Shown here piece by piece: positions 1 through 13,122 of a stretch of 64,000 nt of DNA; the first letter of the stretch is position 1; the number at the start of each line of letters is the position of its first letter. A program made the position numbers and the translations under genes. This DNA is from Fimbriosthenelais zetlandica. Its lineage: Eukaryota. The notes below the pieces were generated by a model that saw only the letters and a program-made list of their open reading frames with translations, did no database searches and was not told the origin of the DNA. The stretch spans positions 5,704,001-5,768,000 of the forward strand of contig OZ365115.1 in the NCBI GenBank assembly GCA_977030845.1, read 5' to 3'.

Positions 1-704
1 TGTCCTCCTAAAACCCATGTCACCAAAACCACATGGAAAACAAGTGGCAATTTGCCACGAGGCTGGTTCCACATTTGAGGCACATGATATCCACGTCACT
101 TTGTCCTCCTAAAACCCATGTCACCAAAACCACATGGAAAACATGTGGCAATTTGCCACGTGGGTATTTTTTACTAAAAAGACGTGATATTTACGTCACA
201 TCCCCCCTATAATATCTACGTGACATAAACCACATAGAAAACACATGGTCAAAATCCACGTGGCTACTTTAATGTTAAACCCATGTGATATCCACGTGTC
301 TGTAATTCCCCAATATTTTTGTCACCAACACCACATTGATATCACGTGGCAAGTTCACCACGTGACATATATCACATGACATCCACATCAGTTCCCCCCA
401 TAAAATACACGTGAGCAAAATCACGTGGACAGCATGTGGCCAGACGCCACATGGTTACTTTCACCAAAATACCATGTCATATCCACGTGAATATCATTCC
501 CACATTACACGTGACGAAAACCATGTGGAAAACATGTGGCAAGTTTCCCACGTGGGTATTTTCACATGTAAAATATGTGACATTCACGTGGGCATTACCA
601 CGTCACCAAAACACGTGAAAAATATGTGGTTATTTGGGGGTGCCACGAGATTCCCCAATTGCCACCAAGTTTCCTCGTCATTACCACGTGCTGTGCCCGC
701 TGGG
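1..704. mobile_element. Right end of a non-autonomous TIR DNA transposon (CMC/EnSpm-like) with subterminal CACGTG/CACATG repeats
   Basis: Dense CACGTG/CATGTG motifs in a degenerate tandem arrangement (1-59 recurs at 102-160, period 101). The repeats stop at ...CACGTGCTGTGCCCGCTGGG (704); the reverse complement CCCAGCGGGCACAG resembles, from recollection, termini of animal EnSpm-like non-autonomous elements. The left end is outside the window. Confidence 0.55.
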
Positions 705-1992
705 TTATTTACTACTGGGGAATTAAAACATAAAACAGTTCCCTATACTCCCCCTTCTCTCCTTCCTACCCAAGAGTGTATCCATGATCTTGTGTTGAAG
801 GTGTTGAAGGGGGGCCACCCCACATCCCCCCCCCCCACAAAAAAAAAATAAAAAAAAATAAAAGTGAATATTTCGCTTGATAAATCCCACCCTGCAACAC
901 CCGCTTGTTTTTTTAAAAAAAAGCTTTTGACAAAAAAATCCTTGCTCCTCAAACACCCTTGATACGGCACTCCCTCCCAGCTCGATCCAACGCCCCCCGC
1001 CCCCCACATCTCCTCCTCTATACACACCATTCTCTATCCTCTCCCTCGCGAGCACCATAATTAATATCCTCATTAACGTTAATTGCTCCTTTGCTGTTAG
1101 ACCAATACTCTGGCGCTTGAGGCTGTTAAAGCTCATTTATACATTATGCTTTATAAATTTTCCGCAACAACAATCATCGTTAAAATATTTTCATTAACGT
1201 TAGAGCTGTTATGTTCAACTTAGTATCTCTTACTGTCTTTTTGTATTCCCATCTCATTTAATTGAAATAAAACGATAAAAGCTTTGTCCACTCCCTCAGA
1301 TCATTGACATGAAAAACTAGATTTGTCGTTCTTAATGTATCCATTTTCCCAAGCATTAAAACCTGAGATGATCGGCAGGCAACCTGTTCTGCTTATGTCC
1401 TATCATTTTTCAAAATGCGGTCATATTCTGACATTTTCCATGAAAGTGAGATACTATACTTCGGGGAAAAACCTCTATTCCCGAAATTTCACTCTGAGTT
1501 GCAAGCGTTTTTTCAATCCTCAAACATATAGCAGTTATATTTAAGTGGTTTAATTTGGTGTCCACTCATAAAAATATCCTGATACTCTAAAAAATGATAC
1601 CAATTTACACTCATAGCTGCCATAATAATCTGTCAATTCTGTGCCTCTGGGCTGAAATCCAACCACGATTTACTAGTATTAGGGCCTGGTTGTATAACGA
1701 ATAATGTGCTCGCTGTATAGATGCAAAGTGCTCAGTGAAAAATGAGTATGGCACTAATTTGTCGCAGCTGCCCGGCTCCTAATATTATACAGGTATAAGG
1801 AGTATGAGAGTAAAGTGACCTGGTGATGATGATGATTCGCCTTCAGTCACCCTCCATGGTGATCACACTACTCCTGTCAGGGTGTCTGGTGAAGGGGACT
1901 GGATTATACTGGTATTCTCTAGGCCAACAAAATTATACCAATATCAAGTTTCTGCAACCGTGCATCCACTGTCCCGATAGACAAGTTATTAA

Positions 1993-2140
1993 GATAGCAG
2001 TTTCAAGAGTGTCTGCCCCGTGTGTCGAAGGTCGCCGGTTCAAACCAGGGCTGGGTCATATACCAAAGACTAGTGGCTCCCTCTCTTGGCACTCAGCATT
2101 AGGAGGACCGTACTAGGACTGGTCAACCCGGTGTCAGTAT
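1993..2140 (+). mobile_element. tRNA-derived SINE, Meta-domain type (copy 1, internally deleted)
   Basis: B-box-like GGTTCAAACC at 2037, then ATACCAAAGACT...GCTCCCTCTCTTGGCACTCAGCATTAGGAGG, resembling the MetaSINE central domain as I recall it. Aligns by eye to the copy at 33885. Confidence 0.7.
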
Positions 2141-4329
2141 CAAAACTAACAATCTGCGACACAGACATGTATTGATTTCATTTTTTTATTGCCTTCTAGA
2201 TGCATTGTATCTTCACTACACAAGACGGCCGGGTATACATAATGAAAACGGGTGAGTGATTTGGAATTGTTTAAAGGCGCATTCATAGACCCATGCATGG
2301 AAGTATCAGAAACAGAGCTTATATTACGAATGCCTAGATGTCAGATAAGGGGGTTGTCATCAACCCTTGGATGTGTGTATATTATGGGATTAATGGGATT
2401 GGTAATGAAATCAAGACCTCTCAACACATGGCCATGCCTCTGGACATTTTAGGAATTTCTAGAAACGCAATTTTATATAGTCAGGGAAGCCAAAATAACG
2501 CAAAACAATTTTTTAGAGCAATTTCATTCCGAACAGGACCATAATGTCAGGCTAGGTCGTTTTAATTGAATTATGTTTTTGCATCCTCTGAAATTTCGAA
2601 GTCACAACTAGAATAATCCAAGTCATCTGTAATTGTAATAGAATAATTCAGAAGGCTGATACAAGTTTAACATTTATCAGAAGCAGTGAATCGGATGTTT
2701 TAATACTTTGTGAGCCAGTATCCGCTATCCCTTTCATAGAGGACCTAATATTGCTAGAGTGAACACAAAATTCCTGACAGTGTAAAACGTTTCTATCACG
2801 TTCTGCCTAGAATTCTGGAATTGCAGTGGGACTTTTGGTTCGCAAATACAAAGCTAGATTTGTTGGAACATGAGACAGGACAACAAAATATTTTTGATAT
2901 TGCCTGTTGGAACCACACATCTGACATTACTGTCTGAAGGTGTCCTATAGCCAGGCAATGCTATAACTTAGTTATTTAGATCTTTCCTAATTTGGGATAT
3001 ACAGTATTATTATATGAGATGAATTAAACAACATTTCCTCTATGGTTGGATGAATACTATAATATGCCTGCATAAAACGGCGTCTTTCCATCATATTCAC
3101 GTTGACTTCTATAGAAGCTTTGGATTGTATGAATATGCAGACAAAATACGTTTATAAAAAGATATTGTATCATGGCTTGAATGTCAAAAGGCAGAAATAC
3201 TTGCCTTTCATGGCTGAAGCACTCTTTTATTGTGCTGTACTCTGAAACCTATTTTCAAGGACGCTTGAATTTAATATTGGGTCCAAGACTTTTCCAATTA
3301 TCCTTCAACATTGGAAATGCATGAAAGTATTGAAAAACCTTATTTCAAAGCCATAAATGGTACACGCTAATTTCGAAAAGGTTGATGCAATTCCCTAAAG
3401 GGATTTGGATTAATTGAATAGTGTTCAAACTGAATTTAAAATGGAATCGTGAATGAGACAAAATCAGGAAATTATGAGTGAAGATGCACGTTACCTTAAT
3501 TCTCTTTGACAATCGAATTAAACAATGGTCTGTGCCAATTTTCGTTTTTGCATTTGAAACATCATGAAGAACACCTGATAATGTGATTCAAAGGAGAATT
3601 CAATTAATCCAAACAAAGAAGTCCGCCTCCTGGGAGAGGCAATAAAGTCCCTGTCAAAGGATTGTTATTCTTTCTCGAGGCCTTCATTCTTTCTCCAGTT
3701 TTACACCTGTTCAGTTTTCCTAAAACACTCTCCATATGGGACTGTTATGCCAATGTATAAACTTTTTTATGTTTGAAATACGGTATGTCGTCCATATATT
3801 AGGCTGGTTTTGGCTGTGAATACATGGAAATTGGCTTTATTCTATGCTTTATTATCCGGGGTCAAATAATGTGTACCCTGCGACAGTACCAAACCTAGAC
3901 CTGTACAGAATGCAGGCATATGTGCAGAACCTCCCTAGCTGCTCTGCAGTAAACCATGCAGGGCTGACCATCCCAGGTAGTTTTTGTGGTGAATTAGGTT
4001 TATTTATGGATTTAATATCTGTGGGAAATGGATTGGATATGATTGAAAGCTGGGAGGGCTGCAGTAGCAGTTACCCCCTGGCCTCAAACGAATGATTTCC
4101 TGTCACTAACAACATTGATACAGATAGATCAGAATATTGATGCCTGGCCGTCCGCCCAGAGTGAGCCAACCCTCATCTACAATAAAGAAACTGCTATCTA
4201 TTGATGAATGTAGATGAATAGTTGTGTTTGCATGCTGGGAGCGGGCAGAGGGAAGAGTGGCAAATCAACAAAAAGGAAAGCTGCAGCTATTGAAATGGAC
4301 TTAAAGTATGGTCGGGGGAAATCGATGAC

Positions 4330-4600
4330 ACTTCAAAAAGGAAATCAGTCCAGACTGCTTTGCTCTGTTATCGATTCATTCAAGACTATTTGTGACAAAG
4401 TTTGGAGAAGAAATTGTGTCAATATGACCATGTTCTTAATGTTTAATGGATGGAAAATGATGAAAACAAGGAGCATAACTATGAGCTTTGTGGTACATGG
4501 TGAATAACTAACTAGGGTTCTTCTTACAGTGTATCCAAATAGGAGATTTCTCGTCTCACTGGATGGCTGGGATCATGACAGAGAAGGACGCCTGTCATAT
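4330..4600 (+). mobile_element. Decayed non-LTR retrotransposon reverse transcriptase fragment (possibly CR1/L2 group)
   Basis: RLLCSVIDSFKTICDKVWRRN resembles the LINE RT motif KLFCAFIDFKKAFDxVWR. Downstream, YPNRRFLVSLDG resembles the next RT segment. Frames are broken. Confidence 0.35.
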
Positions 4601-4884
4601 TGAATTTAGAGATAATCTCAGCCAAGACGAAACGAATATAGAAATCTAGCACAGTCAACCCTCATCCACCCTCAAAACAATCATATCAATATTCCAGACC
4701 AGTTGCTTCTGGGTCATCTCATCGAGCCGTGTTCTATAATTCCCTATCTACTCCTCCGTTCTTAACTCAATCTAAACTCAATATATTCAGAGGCAAATCA
4801 TTCAAATAGCAGGGCTGGGCCAGAGGATTAGTGTTGAACTACCAAATTCTACGGACACTTCCTGTCCCAAGGAAATGGTCCTGG

Positions 4885-5630
4885 CTGCCTTATTACTGCA
4901 CGTAAAAAGGTCAGACTGTTTTCTGAATCGTGCCAGGCAAACTTCTCTTGATTTCATATTGCCTTTAGGTCTGATAGCCTCCTGTATTGTGGCAGGGCAA
5001 ACGACATTTGAACTGCTATCTCACTGCCCGAAAACAGGCCTGACTGTATGTGAATTGTGCCAGGGCAAACGTTGTTGAACTGCTGTCTTACTGCCCGAAA
5101 ATTAGTCTGACTGCTTTGTGCATTGTGCCAGCACAGACTATTGTGAAACCTGCTTTCCTACTTCATGAAAACACGGTGAACTGCGTGTATATATATAGTA
5201 CGATGCGGGCTAATTCAGAAAGTGCTTTCTAACTGCACAAATAGAGTTCTGATTGTTGTGTATTGAGCTAGGGTGAATTATTGGGAAACTAATTTCTCAC
5301 TGCACGAAAAGAGGTTTGACTGCATTGTCCATTGGGTAAAGCAGACTATTTTAGTGCTTTGTTACTGCCCAAAAATGGTCTGATTGCCTTGTGAATTGCA
5401 CCAGGGCAAAGATCTGTGATCAAACTTACTTAGTGCACAAAGAGAAACCTAACTACCCTGTGCATTGTGCCATGCAAACTATTATTTGACCTGCTTTCAT
5501 ACTGCATGAAAAAAGGTATAACTGCCTTGTGTATTGTGACTGGCAAACTATTCTCTCGACTATTTACTGCATGGAATAACATCCTGATTGCTCTGATTGC
5601 TTGGTATTGTGACTATTTTGCTATGTCGGC
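4885..5630. repeat. Degenerate ~68-bp minisatellite, about 11 copies
   Basis: Anchor ACTGCNC/ACTGCAT-like at 5023, 5090, 5160, 5232, 5299, 5364, 5432, 5501, 5566 (spacing 65-72). Approximate unit: CTGCTTTCTTACTGCACGAAAAAAGGTCTGACTGCCTTGTGCATTGTGCCAGGGCAAACTATT. Confidence 0.9.
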
Positions 5631-8534
5631 ATGCATATAAATAATGGTATTTTGTATCTGTGTTCAGTGCAGTATGCATCAGACCATGGTATTAGACTTT
5701 TTTTTCAAATTTACTGTACACCGAGTTAAAAATCAGTTTTTATGCTTCCCGTGGGGACACTATAGAGTGAATCCTAGTTTAATCCCCCACCCTAGAGGAT
5801 CATTTTCCCTGGTTGTATTTAAACAACAATGATATCAATTCCATTCCATCCAAAAATCGATAGTAACAATCCCAGATTTGTACGTGTTCCAAATGACCAA
5901 ATCCAAGCCATGGCTCATCCCGGACAAGTAACAATGGATGAAACTGTCATGATTCAGGTTAACGCCAAATGACATGGAGGAGTCGCGGAGGTCATGGTTG
6001 CCTGCCGGAACAATTATAGCAGTATTTATTGTTAGGGCCCTACTGATAGAGATAGTGGTCCCACTGCCCACAGCCATTAGACATTCAATTATACAGGGCA
6101 CTGGCTTCCAGTGCTTCCTCTCATTATCTCTACATGGAAAGTTTCAAACCTACTCGGCTTTTTCATCTCTCAAGTTGACAGCAGTATATTGGGTCAGGGG
6201 GGGATGGCTTTTGTGCAGCCAGTACATACTATCATTGCTGGGAGATGTTGTATGGATATTCTGATTAAATGGCTTCACGTTTCTATTTCATTCAGTCCTG
6301 ATTGATACTGATAATTGTGGTTCTGATTGTACCGCACATTGAACGAAATGTAATCCATGCACAAAGACTTTTACAATATTCATTCCAATTAAGCCTGCCT
6401 GGGATTTGTCATGTGATGGATAAATGAGAAGTGTAACAGAAAAATTTCTAATTTAGATTCTGTTCTATGTCCTCCCAGTTTCAGGACAGTCAGGGTATTC
6501 TAACGTTCATTTTAAAAAGATTCATTGGGGACTTCTAAAATGTAGTCAAGTTTGCTTTTCCCTTCCTGCGGCCCCAGTTGCCTATAGCCTTGCTTATTGC
6601 CCACCCCAGGCTTTCAGAGCAGAGTCCTTGATGGAGATTGGTTGAGGGCATTGAGGAACGACTCCCCAGCGACCTATGGGAGAGATGGAGCACTGACAAG
6701 ATGCCATTTTATGTCACTCTTCCATTCACAAGCAAGATGCTAGAGTGGCACTCAACGCAGCATTTAACATAATCAAACGCCAGTCACTCAATGTAATTGT
6801 AACTTGTTATTTGTTTGCTCATAATTAATTATGAGGCTTCTGGATGTATAGAGCCGTAAGGGACCTATTTTTCACGTTAAGCGTCATTGTATGTTTATGG
6901 GCAAATATGGCACGTTTTTTCTGAGATTGACTTCATTATGTCCTATGTTATAATGTAGCTACAGTTTTGAAAAAACACATATATAGTTCTTATATATTTG
7001 CCTCCAACTTCAAGATGTTCTACATCTAGACTATGACTATGTATGCTCGAGAATTGGATTTTTTTTTAGCATTCCTTATAACTGGGGTAGATGTGGGCTG
7101 TTGCCTATCCATTTCTTGGGAAAAGGTTCTTCGCATGAATTTTTATAGAAATATGAAGGAAAAGCAGCTGCATGGGCAGACTATGGGCAGATCATTCATA
7201 TTTTTCTTTGGGATGATTGAGCAAACGAATGCATTGTGAATGAAAGATAATCCTGGTATCGGGCAAGGGGATGCTTCCTTAGAATAAACCACTGTTCCTT
7301 CTACCATCTTCTCTTGTTTAGCAAGTAGGATTGCTCCTCTACCAATTGTGCATCATCCATTAACGCTGGCCATGCAATCAACACACAGGTTCTACATCAG
7401 TCTACATCAGCCCGTGGGATCCAGACCATGCTTGTATGCCAGAAGCTAGCCGTATACATGGCTCAATGCTTCCTCTTGTTAGCATAGTTAAAAGCACTGT
7501 GTGCGGGGGATGGGTCCTAACAAAGGACATGCATTCTCACCATGGACTGTTGTTGGATGCTATTTAGATGATTTACATGCGCTACCATGCCACTGTAAAT
7601 GCTGGCTATTCAGTCCACGACGTTTAAACTTCCGTACCACATGATTGATTTTGGTTTCCCCCGATTTTTTTTTCAGAATCTTTTATCTTCGGTTTTAAAG
7701 CCATTACTGCCATTAAATTACAGTTTAAAACAATTTTTTGGGATAAATTTGAAGTTAAATTTGAAAGAAAACCATATATTTAAAACCAAGCTTGTCAATC
7801 ATCCATTGCTATATCCCATTCATTAACTAGTTTTTATAGCTTTTTAATGTTGTACCCGAAACACTTTAAGCCTTGCGTCTCGATTAAATGTGAGTTTTAT
7901 TTGATCCCTTCATCAAGCAGTCCACCCATGTCTAGGCTTTACACCCCATAAACATAACTTATCTCTCTACAACATCACACCATTGATCCCCACCAGTTAA
8001 GAAGAAGTAAAATGTTGGTTTATCACCTTAAGGAAAGCCTCCTTGTAATGTTCCACCAACATGCAAACCCTGAGGCTGCCTTCACTCAGCCTCCTCTGAT
8101 CTTACTGACTAACTATCGAGTGATCAAATGGTGTTTCCTCAGCCTATATGGATGATTCATCAACTGCCACATATTATCTGTAATTACCAGCAACGTGGCT
8201 ATCTCCAAATTAGATTCGATTTGGCAATAGGCAAATGAGGACAACATCTTGGAGACAGGATGCCAACTGATAGGCCAATTTACAGAGTGAAGTGTTACTG
8301 TTAAAAAAAATAAGCATAAACTTTGTTTCAATTAGGCATTCAACAGAAGCCTGGTCAGATTTGAATTGCCGTGTAGCCTACTAATTTTAGTCCATGGAAA
8401 GAATGGTGAAAAGGCAGCTGATTTCTAACTATCATGGATGCAGACGGAGCCCTCAAGATATATGTTGTCTGGTTCTCATAACGGCCATTTTGAATTATTA
8501 TGTGTCAGGTTCAGGATGACTGGCCTTCTCCTGT

Positions 8535-8598
8535 TTGCTGGCTGAGAGGATGTCTAGTTGGCTGGCTGGCTGGCTGACTGGCTGAGAGGATGTCTAGT

Positions 8599-8636
<38 letters not shown>

Positions 8637-8790
8637 TAGTTGAGGTTGGATATCTGGCTGGCTGGATGGATGGTTGGATTTCTGGTCAGATGGATATCTA
8701 GGCTGTCTGGTTCGCTGCTTGGCTGGCTGGTTTAATGGCTGACTGACAGGATAGTTGGTTGGATGGATACACGGCCATGGATGGCTGGAA
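8535..8790. repeat. (GGCT)n/(GGAT)n microsatellite with a duplicated GGCTGAGAGGATGTCTAGTT spacer
   Basis: Runs of GGCT at 8560-8636, with the spacer seen twice (about 8540 and 8580). Degenerate GGAT/GGCT units continue to about 8790. Confidence 0.9.
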
Positions 8791-10450
8791 CCCAGGGTTA
8801 CTTATCCACTTCCAACCTCTTTAAAATGATTGAACTAACCTTTGAAGCTACAGAAGTCCTACAGTTATGGATCTATTATTTCATGGCTAACTCATAAAAG
8901 TCAGGGTGTAGGCAAAGTGAGTGGTGAAGCATTCTCAGACTAGTTGACTGTAGCTGGGTGTTCAGTTCCACTGGGACATCATCCCGCACCTAACGCTCGT
9001 CCGCTTCCTACACCAGAACAAGCCAAACACCCTCCCGAGGATTGCCTTAGTAATTGAGTTTCCTAATTATGGACCTAGCATCATGCCAACTGGGAGAAAT
9101 GTCCCAGGCATTACAGGGAGACCTGAACCAGAAACACCCATTTTCTCAAGCTGTTGGGACTTTTTTTCGTGATTGTTTTCGGGGCCGCTGGGCCCGGTCT
9201 GGTTGTATTGGCTACGACATTGGTGGCCTACTTGAGGTCGGGTTCATCTGGCTTCAGGGGTCATAGCTGGGGAATAGGTAGGGTATTGGACAATCAAATA
9301 GTCATATATGTTCTTTATTCCATTAGGTATATGAATGGATAGATCACCTTGCAAAGCCCATGTAATAACAGTCCAAGATGACTCGCTTGCACTGAAGAAG
9401 CTGGAATGCTCTGGATGTAAAATACGCTTCAGTTAATCTTTTAAAGTTGGATTAGAAACTGCAATTGCCAGCGCAAGTTTTAAGTCTATATGGTTTTCAG
9501 CCTATTCCCCAGATTAAAAGTCCAGTTTAAACACTTCTATAGATGATGTTTTCTCGTGATCTTTTATGTTTAATGGAGGCTTGATCAATTATTCAATCAT
9601 ATTCCATGCAAGGAAAAAGCTTTTAAAAATCGATTCAAATCAACCAGTTTTAATGAACTTAGAAGACTATTCATTCTTTGAAATGTTGAAGTGCATGCAT
9701 CCAAGCAGAATAGTTACCATCCCCTCTGCATTGAACTTGCTTTTAAGTGATTACAACTGGACAGGCAAATTTGTAATCAAATTTCATAACTCATTTTCGG
9801 GAGATGTTGTCTACAAGTACTGGAGGGGATAGCTGGCTGCTGGGAAGAAAGGGAGCAAGACCCATGGGCCTGGAAAGTGAGATTGGATTTTCTTTCCAGA
9901 AATGAGTTTTCAAATCTATGTGATGGACATTCTGCTGTAATAAAAGCAGACAAAAAAAAATAAAAATAGATAAGGCCTTTTTGTCTTGTGCCTTATAATT
10001 ATTGGCAATTTTATGAATGATAAAGTGCACCTCCGTAAAATTAATATAAAGGACAAGTTAATAAAATTATACTAATAAACTTCTCATATCTCCTTCCCCA
10101 TGCACATTAGATGCACAGTGGTAGATCAGGGGGTGGGGCCGAGCGTTTCAACACCGCTTTTTGCCCATATTACAAAAAAAATAAACCCCCAACCTTGAAC
10201 CATGGACCAGACCTAAATCTGCCCCTGTTGGATTATACTCCAAGAGCTATAACCCAGAACAGGTGGACCCCTCAGAGCAGAAAATCCATGGTTTAGAGCG
10301 ATCAATGAATGCCGCCAACTGGAACAAAGCCCTAGCCTACATTTTTAATTTCTCTTAACGGTTAAACCATTACTTAACCATCTTTTTAACAAAATATCTA
10401 TCAGCGTGGTTGATAAAAATTTCTAGCACACATAATATGGCTTCTAATTA

Positions 10451-10656
10451 AGGACAGTATTCCCCTGCTGCGATCTTACTTGCGATACTACTGCGACAAA
10501 GGTGATGCTTGTGTCGCAATAGTAATGGTAATAGTAATGGTTGACGTGTCCAAAGCCTTAAGGGCGTCCTCCACTGGTACATTTTTCATTGCGAAACAAT
10601 TATCATCTTTGTCGCAGTAGTGTCGCAAGCAAAATCGCAGCAGTGGAGTACCAGCT
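10451..10656. mobile_element. PIF/Harbinger-like MITE, copy 1
   Basis: Imperfect ~55-bp TIRs (CTGCTGCGATCTTACTTGCGATACTACTGCGACAAAG versus CTTTGTCGCAGTAGTGTCGCAAGCAAAATCGCAGCAGTGGAGTACCAGCT), flanked by TTA/TAA. Confidence 0.75.
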
Positions 10657-11377
10657 TAAATGGATAGATAGCCTGAATAGTTGCTGGAAAAGTGTGTTTC
10701 CTGACTTTTCTAGACCGTGTTCATGAGAAGTAAGAGCTTAAACCAGATACAATTCGCGGGAGGTTCTATAACCCTGCCTGCTATATGTATAGTTCATGTC
10801 AGTCGACCATCCCACTCCTGTTTTGTGGCCCACATGGACATATACCATGTAGTGAGGTAATTCTGTCCAGGCAAAATGAGGACCTCTGATGTGAAAGTAT
10901 TATGACTGAGGCATTTTACACTGCACTGATCTAGTGTCATCAAAGTAGCTGATGCTAACACTGGAGCTGTTATATCAAAACTATACCTCTGTTTCATAAT
11001 ATCTGGTCATTTAGAGATTGCATGTTGTGAGCCAATGATGTTGGAATGGTGAGTGGGGGATGAATAGAAGTAGAGAGAAAGAGAGAGAGGGAGGGAGAGA
11101 GATGGGGGACAGAGAAGGGGATAGAGGTCTCTGCACATGTAATTAGTCATCTAAGTCTAAATCGGGATACAGGTGCGTTTGATCATGTCAGTTAATGCTG
11201 CCTTTCTACCAGCAATTGTTGCATGAATTGTCCGTTTTATCTCCTTTAGCTTTCAACATGTAAAGTGCCTTTCACCATTTCCCTTTCACTGTTTTGCAGA
11301 GGCATTGGCTTAGAGAAGTTTCACCCTCATCTTCTTTTCATACTTGGTTCACTTTTCACTTTCCTCTAGTTCAGAAT

Positions 11378-11442
11378 CATCGCCTTTGTCGCAGTTCGCA
11401 GTATAGTATCGCGAGCGAAATCGCAACAGTGGAGTCCCAGCT
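11378..11442. mobile_element. PIF/Harbinger-like MITE, solo arm (copy 2)
   Basis: GCCTTTGTCGCAG...AAATCGCAACAGTGGAGTCCCAGCT|TAA matches the right arm of copy 1. Confidence 0.65.
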
Positions 11443-12774
11443 TAAGAAACCCCCATACACATGTCGCCCGGTCTTGATATCGCTAATGTGATCTTAGCCC
11501 AGTATCGTTTTATAGATGGTTAGAGGCGCGCTGTGATCATGTATGATCTGAAAGTGATCTAGATGGACAAGAGGTCTGGCGGGCCAGCTATGTGAACCCA
11601 TGTAGAAGAGTATAGTGATGTGGGAGGTATATAGACGGGCTTCTTTAAAGGCCCCCTCACGTCCCTCATCATCCCCCCCTCCTCCCTCCCCCAGTCTTCT
11701 CTCTGCTGCTGGCTGAACAACTAACAGGGCTATATCTGATTGTAGAAGCCAACTACATGTTTTTTGCCACTCACACTTGTCCCCAACCTGGACGGAAAAC
11801 ATGTCCCCGCTATCTTCAAAGCCAAATAGTTAATAAACCAAAAAGATGAGTGGAAGTTACAGAGCGATAAATATGCTCATTATTATAACTGCTTTATATT
11901 GTAGGCCTAAATGGAGGCCCACTATTTGTTATACTGCAGTTTTAGTAGGCAGGAGGTGCAGGGAACCTTCCCGGATAAGTGGGACGCTCCCATATGAGAC
12001 TCTTATAATTATAGGCTTATGCTTTATAAAGGCTTATAAAAAAACTTCTTTGGTTATAATATTTCTAACCTGAGATGGTCAAATACTGAATGAATATACA
12101 ATTGTTTGACTCCAATAGATTATAGTCATCTGAACATCTGTGTTGCACTTCTATCTCTGGCTGAGATCTGACTGAGATCTACAGGACGAGTGGTGTGCAG
12201 GCCATGGCAGCTTTAATCCTATGATAAGCTTGGTTGGTCTGCTTAATTTGATCTAGATTCACTAGAGGGGGCTCTATGTCTTCAATAACCTCCTATAGGT
12301 TACTGGAGGCCAACACTCAGTGGCTGATTCCCTTCATATAACCCGGGGCTGGGGCTGCTGCTGGAGGGCATTTAGAGGTATCTGATCACTTTATTTAGGC
12401 TCTATATTCAATGACCTAGCCTTCAATGGAAGGAAGGGACCCACTCTATACTCGTATAGGTATCACCCATTGCAATACGCAACATGTATCGGTACACAAA
12501 TGATGTGCAACTATATATAGGCCCATTTGGATAAAGATCCTAATTGTTTCACTTTCCTCCCACAAACTGAAATGATATGGGTATTATAGGTAGCTGATAT
12601 GATTTGAAAACCTTATTATATCTAAATGATATTTATCATATCATTCATAATTAGTATCTTGTATCTGCACCAGTGTATGAAGCTTCTAAACTTGGTGGAA
12701 GTTTCTGTAATTATCATATGACGCCACTGCTGTCATTATCAGGGCTCCAGCTATCGTTCGCATTTGTCGGGGGG

Positions 12775-13122
12775 TTCGAGGCACAGGCCAGACCCTAGCT
12801 TTCACACATGCCGCAGAGGCTTGTTTGTGTCCATTGGAGAGGTAGAATCGCTGGTGGGGTGGGGGCGGTAGATTAGTTGGTAGTAGTTTGGGGTGTGTTT
12901 GGTTGGGTGTTGGGTGGGGGGGGGGGGCAGAGTATATTGTGTTGGCTTCGAGGCGCAGGACAGGCCTTAGCTTTCACACATGCAGCAGAGGCTTGGTTGT
13001 GTCCATTGGAGATTTGGAGTGGGTGGGTGGGGGGGGGGGGGGGGGGGGGGGGGAAGTTTAGTTGGAATACATTGGGGTGTGTTTGGTTTGGTGGTGGGGG
13101 GGGGGGTAGTTTAGTTGGAAGC
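12775..13122. repeat. Tandem duplication of a ~172-bp G-rich unit
   Basis: Units start TTCGAGGC at 12775 and 12947 and share TAGCTTTCACACATGC...GTGTCCATTGGAGA and GGGGTGTGTTTGGTT. G25 run at 13029-13053. Confidence 0.85.

Noticed and set aside
700-720. ACTACT as a Polinton/Maverick terminus
   Set aside because: No Polinton genes or long TIR; the repeat array ends earlier, at the CCCAGCGGGCAC-type terminus.
411-1136. Longest ORFs of the track (146 aa plus, 137 aa minus)
   Set aside because: They run through the CACGTG repeat array and poly-C/poly-A low-complexity DNA; His/Thr/Val- and Gly/Phe-biased translations reflect the repeats.
1993-2050. Possible tRNA gene (B-box GGTTCAAACC; also 33885 and an A-box-like TGGCAGAGTGGT near 54043)
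   Set aside because: No cloverleaf can be formed. The first two continue into SINE body sequence; the third has no B box.
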